Assembly (NCBI GenBank): GCA_030141605.1
Contig: JAQGDQ010000156.1
Coordinates: forward strand, 417,459-481,458
DNA: 64,000 bases
From: Tubiluchus corallicola
Lineage: Eukaryota > Animalia > Priapulida
Direction of reading: 5' to 3'
A program made the translations under genes and the position numbers. This document shows positions 24,301 to 38,431 of the stretch, one piece after another; the stretch's first letter is position 1, and each line of letters opens with the position of its first letter. The notes under the pieces are model-generated. The model searched no databases. It had not been told where the DNA came from and worked only from the letters and a program-made list of their open reading frames with translations.

Positions 24301-27300
24301 CTAACATTTTTCATCATGATCGTATGGACGGTTATCATTGTTCACAGTATTGTTGTTCTGAGTTTCTACACCACTCTCTGTAATTACTTTCAAGCACTGA
24401 TCCTTCACCGAATGTTTCTTGGATTCAGCTGAGAAGACGTACTCGTAGATCAAAGCCCCCACCGCTCCTCCGCTCAGAGGTCCTATCCAATATACCTGTC
24501 AATGTAACAACAGGTGTTATCAAATTGCAGGTGTTCAGGCATGTAAAGCCCGAAGCAGGCATTTATATGCTAATTATTGTTTGTGTAAAATTGATAGGTG
24601 ATAGAGTTAAAGTTAAAAACGGGGAACAAAAAGTGCCACAAGCCTTACGTCAAGGTTAGGGCGCATCTGACGAAGAGGGCAAAACAAAAGTCAAACAGCG
24701 TGTCATCGGTAGACCGGCAAATATCGTGTTAATTCCCGTGAGCGTGTGCTGCGCATGAATATTTAACAGTTTATGTCATAAATTGTACGACAGAGTTTAA
24801 AGGACAAGAAAACGAGTGCCAGAAGTAGATTCCAGAAAAATCGGCTTAAAAATTCTATTATCTTGTAGGATTTTTATGCATATATCGCACTCGCGTTGAA
24901 AGGATTTTTTCATTTTAAATTTCCGACGATGCTGTTCCGACGGCGCCATTACATGACGTAACACACGCAAACGTAAAACAGGAGAAGAAAAGGCATTGTT
25001 AAATTATGTCCCAAAAAATTTCCATGCAAATCAATATTACTTAGCATTTCGCTTACCTGCCGGAAAGACTTGTGTAACTAGAAATAACAATTTAAAATAT
25101 TCGTGCCAATTGATAAAATGTTCCTGGCTCACCCTCCAAGGTGCGCCACTCACTAACCAAAAACGTATTTTTAATCTTATTAATTATAATTTAAAATTAT
25201 TTTTTTCAAACTTCAAGCAATGTTATCTAAACTTGTTTCAAACGACCTACCATTAAAACGGCTGCGCCTAGCGGTCATCGCGGGAGTTTAAATTTACAAG
25301 TTTTATACAGCGTTGCTACTAACGCAAACCCTTCGTGCACTAAGGCAGTTGTTTTTAAGTTTTCTGTAAGTGGAGGATTTTCTTGTGCTTTAAGACTTTT
25401 TTGCTGATTTAAACCTTTCGTACAGCAATTGATGTGTTCAGTTACTGTGTCCCGAACTACATTACTTAACGTTTAAACTTTATTAATTACGGCAAGATTA
25501 AATCAGCGCCCTAATATTCCCATAATAATATACATTTCGCCGAATACTAACTATGTATTAGCAAGGATTCCTAGCACACAGTCTAATAACTCTCTATCTG
25601 ATTCAGTTCTAAAATTCATTCACTTTCCAAGGTTGGTTTTCGTGTCTTGTGAAAAAAAACTTAATTTATCAAACCACTCAGCAATTTAAATGAATAAGTT
25701 AAGAATTACTGAATTATGAAACCAAATCCGCCCAAAAGAAAGGTGAAATAGCCGTGACAGAGTCTGCCTGATTCGAACTATATGACTTTGAATTAAAAGT
25801 TCAACAACGCCATGACCACTAAACTACACAGCCCCTTGTAAATGAGGTATTCAGACCTCAAAGCTTACTAACCAATTCAGATATTTTTGCATTTTTTTCT
25901 TTTCAGCTAAGTTCGGTTTCATAACTCAGTAACTGTGTTCGCTCTTCGACCATATTTCGAGTAAACTTTGAAACAATGAAATTTAGGATATCATTACAAG
26001 TAATGTGGTGAACACTTTCTCGTGGAGCAAAAGTCAGCAAACGTTAATCAGTTAATTATTCAATCAAATTACCTGGCCTTAACTCCTCAATTAACCAATC
26101 AAATTATCTGGTCTAATTATAGGTATAGGTATAGGTATAGGTATAGGTATAGGTATAGGTATAGGTATAGGTATAGGTATAGGTATAGGCATAGGCATAG
26201 GCATAGGCATAGGCATAGGCATAGGCATAGGCATAGGTATAGACATATAGGTATTGGTGCTTCTCCTTCTAAGGTTAAGGAAGCGTTAGGTTAATTGTTG
26301 TCCACAGATAAACGGTTTAAAAATCTGTTAGAGGTACAGAGGCTAATAAGTAGTTGATAACTTACCCAGTGCTCTGACCAGACATTAGCAATAACTGCTG
26401 GTCCAAACGTTCTGGCTGGATTCATACTGCATCCTGTGTAAGGGATCTAAAAGCGAAATTGAAAGAAAATGAATATGACGCCATTATTAGATACTTTGAA
26501 CATAGTACTTCTTGCTGATACAAATTTCCCGCTTTAACTGGTAATGTCATCAAATTGCCGTGAAATTATCCCCCACGGGGAAGGCGCGGGGAGAGGAATG
26601 CAAATTTAATTTTCTTAAGAGTAATGTTAACAGATACGTCAACATCCGTAAATTCATCTAGAAGATTTCCAGTTTTGAAGTAAGGTATGAAAACTAATAA
26701 TGGCGTCTGATTAAAGTTTAAGCATAACATTAGAGATCCTATAACCCTTAATCTCAAGCGCAAATACTTTGAGAAGAGGAAATTAAGCACAGTTCCAAAA
26801 ATGTAAAGAAAAACTGCCCGCTCATCGTAATAGTATAAAAAAACTAATCAGTCATCCCAAAGCTATAAAAATCTGGTCAGTTATGTGCTTCCATTGAGTT
26901 TAGTCGTGAAACCAGAAATGAACTGAATCCGTTCATCAAACACCTGCAACGTTTCTGACATGATGGTGAAGAGTTTTTATCTTTTCCTAATACTTTAGGA
27001 AAAAACTAATTGTTAAGAAGTCATAATTCACGATGGAAAATATACTGAATATAATTCAAAGCGGATACATTAATTTTACAGATCAAAAGTATCCAGTAAA
27101 ACATGGAAGCAAAATTTTAACGAATATTCCAAAACTTGGAACAAAATTTGACTGAAATTGTTCGCAGTCCACTTTATTGATAAGGATTAAATATTCAAAC
27201 TTTTGATAAGGATTAAATTTCTATGGCTCTGAGCCGGCGTATTAATTTTGACCACTTTTCCAGGCGTTTTATTTGCTCAGCAGTGATGCTGAGAAATAAG

Positions 27301-30300
27301 TAAAATACGAATTTCGTTTTAGTACAGAGAACTTTCAAAACTTCGCAAAACACATCGAAACAAACTGAAGTGCATATAGTTAATTTATACCAGCGCTTTT
27401 CCTTCGGGTTACAAAAAATATAAATAAAAAAAAGTTTAATTCGGCTGAATTTAATTGAATCGAATTAAGCGAGATCAATCGAATTGAATTGAACTAAACT
27501 GAATAAGGCACGAGATTTCCCAGGTCTCTTCGAAACACTTAAAATCCTGTCAGGCTAAAACGACGTAGCGTTTGACACAACTATATAATCATCGTGACTT
27601 GTCATGCTAACTTAAAATAAACTTTTCTGCTCTAGTCAATACTAGTACAATAGGTAGAACCAAAAGCGTTCATTGTGTTAATTAATGCCGGCAAAACTAA
27701 ACCTAATATATAACAGAGCATTACCGAAAATAAATGACCTATTGCAACAGCCAGTCCAATGGCCAGAGGAGCGGATCCACCAATGGTTCTACCCTTGTCG
27801 CAAGCAGCAAATACAGTCAGCACTAAGACAAACGTGATGGCAAATTCTACTCCAAAAGCTTGTGAGACTGTCACACCCTCGGTGATGGTGTTAGCACCAA
27901 GGGTGCTGTTCATGTATGACGGTGTTACGCCATAGAGATAACCAGCACCAGATATTCCTCCAATGCACTGAGCGACAATATAGAACAATCCCTTGATGAC
28001 GTTGGTTTTTCTGGTCACTATCATGCCCAAGGTCACGGCCGGGTTGATGTGACCACCACTGACGTCGGCAATGCACCATACGACGGTGGCTACAGTCAAA
28101 CCGAATGTAAGGGATATTCCCAGCACGCCATTGAAGAAACCTGGATGGGCTGCATCAGGACTGGACCACACCGCCGAGCCACAAGCCAACAAGACCAGCA
28201 GCAGCGTTCCTAAAAATTCGGCAAAGACTGCTTTCCAGAATGTTAAACAGCCAATTTTCTTCGTCATATTGCGACACCTGAAAATAAGGGAATAAACACT
28301 GCGTAATGGTTATGACAGTAGGTTTTAAAGCATTAATACTACAAAACAAGTAAATTAAATAAGCTGATACGCAAAAATATACAAGATTCCCATAGACTCT
28401 TCTAGCCGGCTGACTGATCGCTTTATATGCTTATCTACGAAGTTAAGCAGCAATCAGTTTGGGTAATGAATGAACGGATGACCACTAAGAAATTGCTTAT
28501 GGCTGATTTCATACCCCAAGAAAACTAAACTGCATACTGCAAGAATGAACGCGAACGTGTATGTGTATTTGGTTCAAAACTAAAGAATCCTGTTCAGAAT
28601 CATCCCAAAAAATGGCGAACTACATTCCTATCAAACCATAACCGTTTCACTGTTGGATAAACCCAGCTATTGAGTGTGACAAACCGTAAGGAAGACATGA
28701 ATAATGTGAAAAGAAAAACAAAAAAGGAAAGCACCTTGCAGTACACGATTGATTTTTAGCCGCCATAACCCAAGTACAAAGTACTGTTCAAGATTAATCC
28801 TTTCGCCTTAAATACTGCTAAGACCAAGGGCAGGGGAACGGTTGAGGTCAGCTTAAAGGACCTTGAAATTAAAGTTCAACTGCCTGCTGGACAAGGCAAA
28901 TTTGAGTTTAAGCCGTCGAAGATATTCGACAAGGTTAAACTTACATATTTTGTGAAAAGGGCGTACGTATCCTTTAGACTAGCTACAAACAAGGCCCAAA
29001 AGTTAGCATAATATACCAGTCTTCGTTTTTTTTGTTAGTTTTTTTGGTTTTAAAAATTTCATGGAAACCCAGATATTTCAAATTAATTACAAATGACGAG
29101 CTGTGTGCAACCGTTTTATTACAATACTCGTTGCAATAGCATTATTTTGTCTTCAAGATATCCAACATTTTTAATTTTTGGTTTGTCGTCTTATCATTAA
29201 AAATGTCAGATTAAGTAGACCACCAGCAACGGTCGAGTGAACAACGGGAAAATTCGCTTCAAGAAAGAACCACCATCATGAATAAAGATAACCTAAAACA
29301 TGGCATTTTCTCTAATCGTATGAATAAAACTGAAGTTTTGAACGACCTGTTTATGTTACTTCTTTGTTTCCCATTGCCGTAAACCTTACAGCTACATTGC
29401 AGTTGTGTGCTAATTTGCTAAAAAAAATTAACAAGTTCACCTTTAGCATTCGTCAGTCTCACCAGGTGACGGATTTTTTTCAAAATTGATTAAAACGTAC
29501 GTACGGTCAACAGTTTCAGAAGAGAGACTAAATAATTAGGCAATGCTATCTATAAAAAATGACATTACAAAAACCGCTGACTTTGAAATGATTTTGAAAG
29601 ATTACTCAGTTCAAAAAGCCAGAAGTCTGTTTTTAGAAAGCCCATGCACAAGCAGTGTGTCAGTAATTATCTTGACTTATAAAAAAACATTAAAACTTTT
29701 ATACGGACTTTCAATTTTTAGTATAATCATTGTGGTAAATGGTGGAGCCTCAACGCTTTTTGGCTGAGAATGGCATAAAACATCGATCTTCAGCTTTCGT
29801 AAGGACAGGGCCCCACTAACAATTTTCTAGCTGGGCCTCGCACTTTCTAGCGCCGGTTCTGCCTTTTGCTGTTATATAGTTCATCTTATTCGTGAAGGCA
29901 AGATAGGGACGATCATATAAAATCACCCCCTCACATGATCTGGTTTGTTTTACTATGACACTCAACAACAATGGTTAGATTTGTTTGTCTTAATTTACGT
30001 TTAGTTTTAGTTTTAGTCACCAACAAAGTACGATCATTTTCGTTATGAAATTCCTTATATTTTCTGTCCGTCAGTGGAGAACTTACTCCTTCAGTTACCC
30101 TTTCCCGATCGCTCTTACTCACAGACTTTCTTAAAAAAATAAGAAATCACGTGTCTATATCACTACACAGAATGCAATTAACACAGTAAAACATATTATA
30201 CATATTGATTCAAAATTAAAATAAATACGTGTTTAATTCATTCATTTTATTCATTTAATTCATGCAGTTACCAGCAGCATCCTGCTTCTTCCGTAAGATG

Positions 30301-30929
30301 GAAAAAACGTAACCTATCCCCATCTTGCAAGAAAAAAAGTAACGCGGTTCAAACTGCGTTTCTACTCTATTAAAGAAACAGACTTGATGAAACAGAAACT
30401 GTAATGTGTTCACTTGTCAGAGATACAGTACAAGCTATCGAAACAAATAACAATTTTCTTGTAAAACCAGAACAAATTTCTGTATTTTGATTCATGCTTA
30501 CTGTAACTAGTAGTATACTTCTTAGTTGATATAAAACAGCATGCTATAGATAGTTTGTGTATACAGCTGATTATTGTTGAAACAATGTTATATGTAATAG
30601 GCCTACATTGTAACGGCTCTTAATTTTAGAGTAATATCGTGTTGTACAGACATTTTCGTGCATTATTCATATTTTTTACCTAAGCTTATTTATTTAACCT
30701 ACATTGTTGTTAATTGACTAACTGTACGAATACTAATAATGTACGAATTTGTACGAATAGTAATAATGACGCCTTTAATTCATATATTTTATCAAATCAA
30801 ATGTAGGTCTACTAATAAGAACAATAACCATAATCTTAATAAACGAGCACTAGAATAATTTAAATAAAATCTTAAAATTCTATATTTTTCAAAAAAAAAA
30901 AACAGTTACCTTTCTGCACAGCTTGACAT
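24301..30929 (-). CDS. AQP4-like: Classical water-channel aquaporin, AQP4-like (about 282 aa, 4 coding exons)
   Basis: Exons 30929-30910 (MSSCAE), 28277-27725 ([29 protein letters not shown]), 26446-26366 ([27 protein letters not shown], the 81-nt exon typical of classical AQPs), 24495-24301 ([10 protein letters not shown]...DEKC, TAG). Two NPA motifs, phase-consistent GT-AG sites; possible extra 5' UTR exon with donor near 31170. Confidence 0.94.
24801..25389. mobile_element. Kolobok-like MITE in an aquaporin intron
   Basis: TTAA|aggacaagaaaa ... ttttcttgtgct|TTAA (TIR with one mismatch, TTAA TSD). Confidence 0.7.
25760..25830 (-). mobile_element. Degenerate tRNA-derived SINE head
   Basis: Minus strand A box tagtttagtgg and B box agttcgaatc; no intact cloverleaf. 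Confidence 0.45.
26118..26251. repeat. Compound hexamer microsatellite (TATAGG)n(CATAGG)n
   Basis: Directly visible; produces the spurious YR/HR ORF 26022-26294. Confidence 0.97.
29370..29861 (+). mobile_element. hAT (Tip100-like) transposase remnant with right terminus
   Basis: Translation [47 protein letters not shown] resembles the hAT C-terminal dimerisation region, with a stop; terminus-like tctagcgccggttctg. Confidence 0.75.
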
Positions 30930-32749
30930 AACTACTGCGGTAGGAATAGCCGAATCTCAATTCTGTAAAACACCTGACTTGATTTCACGGTAAAATAATG
31001 ACAAAATCATACACGCGCATGTACGCACGCATCGCATCACCAGTGCGTGTCCATCCCACTTGCTTGCCTACTTGTTACGCTACGTGGAATTTTTATTTAT
31101 TTTGTCGCAAACGTAAACTCATTAACGTATCCCTTAAGGGAATTTAAAAAAGGTAGTTTTAAATATTTACCTGATTTACGAGAATGCGCGTTTCAAAGGA
31201 ATCCGGGACAATGATAAAGATGCTAAATTCAGTTATACCTCTTACTTATTATAAGTCCAATTAAACAAACCACCATTATTTGACAGAACTCCGTTTTTCG
31301 AATAGTTAAAAAAATAGTGGAATGCACCGCTTAGTGAATGCCCCAAAAATAGAATGTCGGCAAGACAGCATTTCTTGTCTGATTAATTACACGTGACAGG
31401 AAGAGTGTACCTGTATCTACAAAATTCATAAATCACTTAGGTTATAGCTGCTCGGTACACATAACCTCACTCAAGGCTTTCTTGGCTATTTTATAACTTA
31501 CATATAGCATATAACGCGTTTATACCAATGAAATTTTGTAGGCGTGTTATAGTTGGCGTAGTAAAAAAACTAATCTGGTTCAAGAGCTTTTTGTCTATCT
31601 TTCACGGCCGTTCAGTAAAATCTTGACCTTTTTGGTTACTTTGTCGATCCTTTTCTAAAAACTTTGAGTCGGAAAAAATTAACTGACAACGTCCAGTTAA
31701 CCCGAGACGCTTAAGGCAACAATTTTGCTGATACGATCATAACTATTACACCGAAAAGCTCTGTTGGCGTTGATATTTAAATGTTGCCAACACTCACGTA
31801 TTTTAAGTTCTTCACATGCACACACGCAACAAATTTCAGTTCTCAAGTATTCTAGAACTTCATTTTTAAATATCACCTGGCTTCCTTTGCCATCAGCATC
31901 AACCGTGGCAAAATTAGTAGTAGAACTCTCGATAATACAGTAGGCCTAGAATTCGTGACTCGCGTGCTATTCTTGTATACATAAAACGTATTTATATATA
32001 TTTAGAAAGCACAATGAACTGCAATAACAATACAGGAAAGTTCAGTAGTACCCAAAAATTGTCCTAATTTTTTTTATTTTTGTCAGTTTTTTTATTTCGA
32101 CACTCAAAATGGCGGGCAGGTTTCATTTAAATTTCTTTTAAACACTTGCTCTTTCCGGTTACAATCCGGGCACCTGTGCTAACCATTAACCATTTCCTAG
32201 AGCCATCTAATTTAGCAAAAACATATATTCAGCAGATGACATGCCTTTACGTACATATCACACAAATTCCGTAGAGTGGTAGTCAAACGCAAGAATGTAG
32301 TTCAAAAATACAAATTTCGTTAGATGGATTGACGGAGGCGTATTTGAAACTAGGCCTAAATAATTTCGTTCAAGGGCAGAAGGTCACACAAATCTGCTTA
32401 TGTGCAAAATAACAAATTCAGTCTGATGTCGTTTAATCACTTGTCAGATTGCGTGAAGATATGAGAGTTGTAGCAACTAGTTTCAGGGAATTCTGTAATC
32501 AGTCTGAAATCTCAAAAATAATATTGCACGTCAGATTTGTACACCGAAACCAGTTTATACTAGTATAAATATTCAGAATAAGCTTGTTGAAGTTGGAGAT
32601 TATGTAATAGCTGTCAATTTCAATAAAATCAAGCTCATTTTGTTTTTACGTTACAAGTTGCAATCACAGAATTCTCACTGTCCTTTACTGATTTACTTAC
32701 AATGCGTCAAAAATTTAGATTTCCAAACTACCGTTTTGTGGTAGACTTA

Positions 32750-33545
32750 GGCCCGTTTCACACTGAGGGCGTGCGGCAAAATTCCTTGAGGAGGAATCCA
32801 TTGCGGCATTCTCCATGAAAATGGGAACAAACTGCTTTCCATGGTGCATTGAGACACAGACGCGCCTTGAGAATTTTCCTCATGGAATTCCTCGAGAGGA
32901 ATTCTGCCGCCACGGGGAAAATTGCCGCTTGAGAGATATACAAAGTTTCTCTCTTGGAATTCACAATAAAATTTAACTGGTCACTTCATTTTTGTTTAAC
33001 GAACAGCAATTAGGCCTGACAGACAGACGTTTCTTGGGAATTTTGTTTATTCATTGAATTTCTGTCGTACAAAAAAGGACAGTTCCTAATTTATAATAGG
33101 CGGCATGTGTAAAAAAGATAAAATACATTATTAAAAACTAATAAGGACTATAAACATATTTACAAAGGAGAATTAATTTGTAGGGCAAGTAATTATTATT
33201 AAAACTGGGTTTTTTTAGATAGATATATAATTAACTGCGCTGCCATGAAACTCAAGTGCACATTTGCTTCATATAAACTTTTAATCGCAGTAATTATTTC
33301 ATATTGTTTATTTTGCACATTGTTCAGAAAGTTACAAACGACTACAGGTTTAATTGATTTTTTAGTTGAGTTGCCATTTATTAAATCAACATTATATCCT
33401 ATGTTCCAAACATTCTTCCAAAACTCGGAGCAACGGATCAACCGATAAATTTTGAGATTTCCAGAAAATCTTCTAATTTTCAGACAGCGATTCCGCGCGT
33501 CGTTTCTAGCTCATTTTCCTTGAATCTTCAATGTAAAAACGGGCC
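32750..33545. mobile_element. PIF/Harbinger-like MITE with nested insertion
   Basis: TTA|ggcccgtttcacactga ... tcaatgtaaaaacgggcc|TTA. Confidence 0.75.
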
Positions 33546-34852
33546 TTAATTTTATATTATGTCTTGATATTTACATCCTTGTACGTCTTAGACCAGTTTT
33601 TCGCCCCATACAAATAATGAATCACCTTATATAATTACTTTTTAAAGTTTGGAAAGTCGAAAGAAGTCGGTGATATATTAAGTAAGTATACATTGTAGGG
33701 CATTTAATGATTTAATGCATTTGATTTATCTTATTGACAATATTCATTACTACTTTTATGTTTATTTGCATATAAAAATTTAATGTTTAGTAGTGAGGTT
33801 AGCTATCTATAATACTATAATAGTAACTTGTATATGATTTGCTTCTGTTGAATGCTACTTTTGATACCATCATTGACAGAATATCCAAATGTATTAACTT
33901 AGCATATATAATTATAAGCCTGAGTGCTGAGGAAGTATTTACATCTTGATTTTGAAACAGAAAGTGCTTTTGTTCTGGAATTTCAGTGTTGCGCACACAG
34001 CATTATAGGAGCTTTTATTTTTTGTTGCAGGAAAAAATCTAGATGTGCTAATCAATTTTAAGCACAAAACGTGTAAACTATAAAAGTTTCATCTTGGAAA
34101 TCGTAATGCTCCTTTAAATAATTCAGACCAAGTATCCGGCTCGCGTACTGGCGCAAGCGTAAAACATAACACGACCTGTCTACTAAAATTGCACATGTTT
34201 TAGCCGAGAATAAGAGCAGTGTCGCCCATTTTTCTTATGCTCTGATGCCTGGCAAGAAACTGTATAGCAGCAGGATTTACAAACATAACGAAATGGTAAT
34301 AAGGTTTGAAGTCTGATCTTAACAAAATTTTTAGAATCACACACTGAACAACAGAAAGCGATGGCTGACTTTTTTGTTGAAAGCGCTATTGTACTGCTGA
34401 AACTGAGCAGCTATCTCCCGAGTCCTGACGCTCATGTGGAGAACTGCACATTTATAGCTGAGACTAATTAAAGCGTTCTTGTACTGTTTACAGAATAGCT
34501 TTATGAACGAGTTTCTGCCACTGACACGTTTTTTACTTCAAGAAACAGGAGTTCGTGGCTAATAGTAAGACAAACCGTTTTTGAGTGCATCACTTCTGAA
34601 CATCATAGGCAAAGGAATTTGACCACGCCTCGTATTTTTAGAGTAACAAGTTTATGTGTGCGCAGTAGATAGTGGATACGCTGGTAACTGTGTGTTTGAA
34701 AAAGCGATACACAAAACTAATAAAACTTACAAATACTTTAAATAAACAAACTGTTTATTTCAATGCACACAGTAACTTATTATCTTTTAAAGTAACAAAG
34801 TGAAGATCAGCAAAGATAGATAGATAGGAGGCAGGGAGGGAGAAAGACAGGA

Positions 34853-35108
<256 letters not shown>

Positions 35109-36755
35109 ATTTACAGAGATTACAGTACACATAAGCAAAATGGAAATAAGCAAAATTTGAATTTGATTTGTTAAAGTATTTATTAGTGTTATTAAGAAAG
35201 ACAACTCTATGCATAGCATAACAGCATCACTCAAAGTTTGAAATGCGACGTTGAAAACAATTCACTATTTAAATACATAATTAAAAGTTTGGCAGCTCAT
35301 AAATTTTGGCAAATCAATAAGATATTCCTGTAAGACGCTTATAAAACAGTTTATGAGACCCTACAGCGAACAACCTATTAGAATTTTCACAGACAACCAC
35401 AGTCAGATAATTCTCAAGTAATAATTTGCATTGGAATAAACAATTTCAAAGACTGAAATGTTCAGTTTTAGAATTTTAACAAAATGCGTAGTAAACAGAC
35501 ACTCTCGAGTGAGAACGTTACCAACGAGAAATCAAAAAGCTGTTTACAACGGTATTCCATGTTGCATGATGGGTAGGTAGTATAGTTTAAATAGTTCAAA
35601 GTTCTTATATGTGAAATAAATAATCAAAAGTATGTAAATAATGAAAGCAAAATATTTAAGAACACTTGCCAATAATATATTAAACACACATAGATCGCAA
35701 ATATTTATAGAAATTAATTGTACTTAAAAATAAGGCAAAATTGCTGTTGGGTGCTTTAGGCGTTTTTTTCTGCCTGCTGCTGCCCAGACTAATACTTGCA
35801 ATACACATAGCAGCAGCGATCTTTTTATTCATTTTACTAGTCTGCTGGTCAACAGTATGTGCACTGAATGCCTATAAACCAATTTGTCAAGATTAAAAAC
35901 ATGACCTTTCTAATACCAGATTTATTGTTTACTTAAAACAGCAACATAACTCATGACTCAAAATACTTTTTTAGAGATTTTCTGAACTTGTGAACATGAA
36001 TTTTAGCCAGTAAGAGGAGCCGGGAGCTGTAATGCAATACCATCCAGCAACTTGTCCAGTCTGTTCCATGCCAATCAGTATTTGCCCAAAATTAACCGAA
36101 AGGGCAGCCAAGGCAAGATTCAGAAATATAACCATGACAGAATCGCATAAGTTAATATCACATCATATGTGCTTGTTTTGGCTAATAAGAATAAAATCTT
36201 ATTAACAATGAAATGCATACTTTATAAATATATAATGTTAAATTATAAGGAATGATATATATAGTGGTAATTACTTACGATATATAATGTATAACAATAA
36301 AAATCATAATAATATAATAATAATGTCATAATAAAGAATAATAAGTATTGCAATTACATAACAACAATAAATAGACTAAACCAGAGTATATATCATCATG
36401 CCTCAAGATAAAGAAATGTCAAACAAACTTTGACATCATAAATTGACTACATTATATTGAGCAAAACATGAAGAAAAATGGCAAAAGAAAAAACTGAAAG
36501 AAAAGCAATTGCATTTTCATGGATAACACACGTTTCTGCATTTTCAAACCATAGCAGAACCAAACTGCGTAGACAACTGAAACAATACTCTTATTGTTAT
36601 TTAACTTACAAAATTCTCTGGAATAAAGTTTAAGTGATTCTTAATGAGAAATTTTACCAAAACGAAACGTTTGCTCTAAACATCTGCTGTGGTCATAAAA
36701 GTCACTTTTACAATAACTTTGCATTTGTCACATGACCATGGTTTCTACTGAATTC

Positions 36756-37286
<531 letters not shown>

Positions 37287-37608
37287 TTAAGAATAAAAAA
37301 AACTTGGAAATCAGAAATGCTAAAAGAAATTTCAGAAATTGCTCCCCATGTTAATTTGTGTTATGCTGTGTTAAGCAGTATATACACAAGTGCAAACTAA
37401 TCACAATCAGTTTGTCAGTTAAAAACTATCTGCAAAATGACGAGCTAAGAGACTTATTCAGGGCCAAAATTAGAAACAAAAAATAAAAAATAGATTTTAA
37501 CAATATAATATATCGGGCAGGAATGTTTCCACATGTATGTTACGGCATCACAATGACACGATAACACCATCAACACGACAGTAGCCACCAACCTCATGAC
37601 AAATACAA

Positions 37609-38431
37609 GGGTATGTGACATTTTGGAACAGGGACAGTTGGGCGCGAGACATTTTGGTACCAACAAAATTTGATATTGTGCCTAAAATTTTTTCCATTTT
37701 TTCTTTATTAAATTTCTAATGATTCCCTATGTCCACCTCCAGACATTATTGAACTGTCATAATGTTGAATATTGTTATATAACACTGTCATGATGTTATA
37801 TAACAGAATTAAAACCAGTTAATTGTCTTTCTGCACTTTCTCCATCTTCAGTAATAGCCTATGAGTAGTTTTTAAAAGCATGTCAGCAACATGAACAGTG
37901 AGATTTAGTTGTTCATTATTAGCAATGCTTATTCCAAGCCAGCCGACAATAACCTAAGGTTCAGGTGTAACTGTTCATCCGGCACTTGGTTGCTGTAAGT
38001 TAAGAAGTTTATACAAGCCACCTGTTCGAAATAAAACAGATAATTTAATCCGAATACTTAATACTAATACACAATTATCACGCTCAAAATTAAGCTTCCC
38101 ATGGCACCTCTTGTGAAAAGCAATATTTCCATTTGCGTTGAGCAGCAGAGTCTTTAACGCAAGGTAAGTGTTCTAGTGTCAATTACACGATCATATTCAC
38201 AAAAATTATTATTTATTTGCTTACAAAAACTTTAGGTAAATTTCAAAAATCAGCATGTAAATAAGCAATCAAACAGCATTCTCCTAATAAACCAACTATA
38301 GAGAACGCATTTTGTAGTGCAGCGCACAAATTACTTTCTTGATCAAGTCAGCGTGCGCCGATTCTGGTACCCAAATGTCTCACGTCAAAGTGTCTGGCGC
38401 CCAAAACGACCATGCCCAAATGACCTGCCCC
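37609..38431. mobile_element. MULE-like/foldback MITE with subterminal repeats
   Basis: Left gacattttgg / gacagttgggcgc / gacattttggtacc mirrored by right ggtacccaaatgtc / gcgcccaaaacgac / gcccaaatgacc; degenerate 9-bp flanks caaatacaa / caaccacaa. Confidence 0.55.

Noticed and set aside
24290-24303. AQP4ex-like stop-codon readthrough
   Set aside because: The stop is TAG followed by CTC TAA, lacking the TGA-CTAG context and any extension frame.
26022-26294. YR/HR-repeat protein or interstitial telomere
   Set aside because: Microsatellite translation; the unit is neither TTAGGG nor TTAGG.
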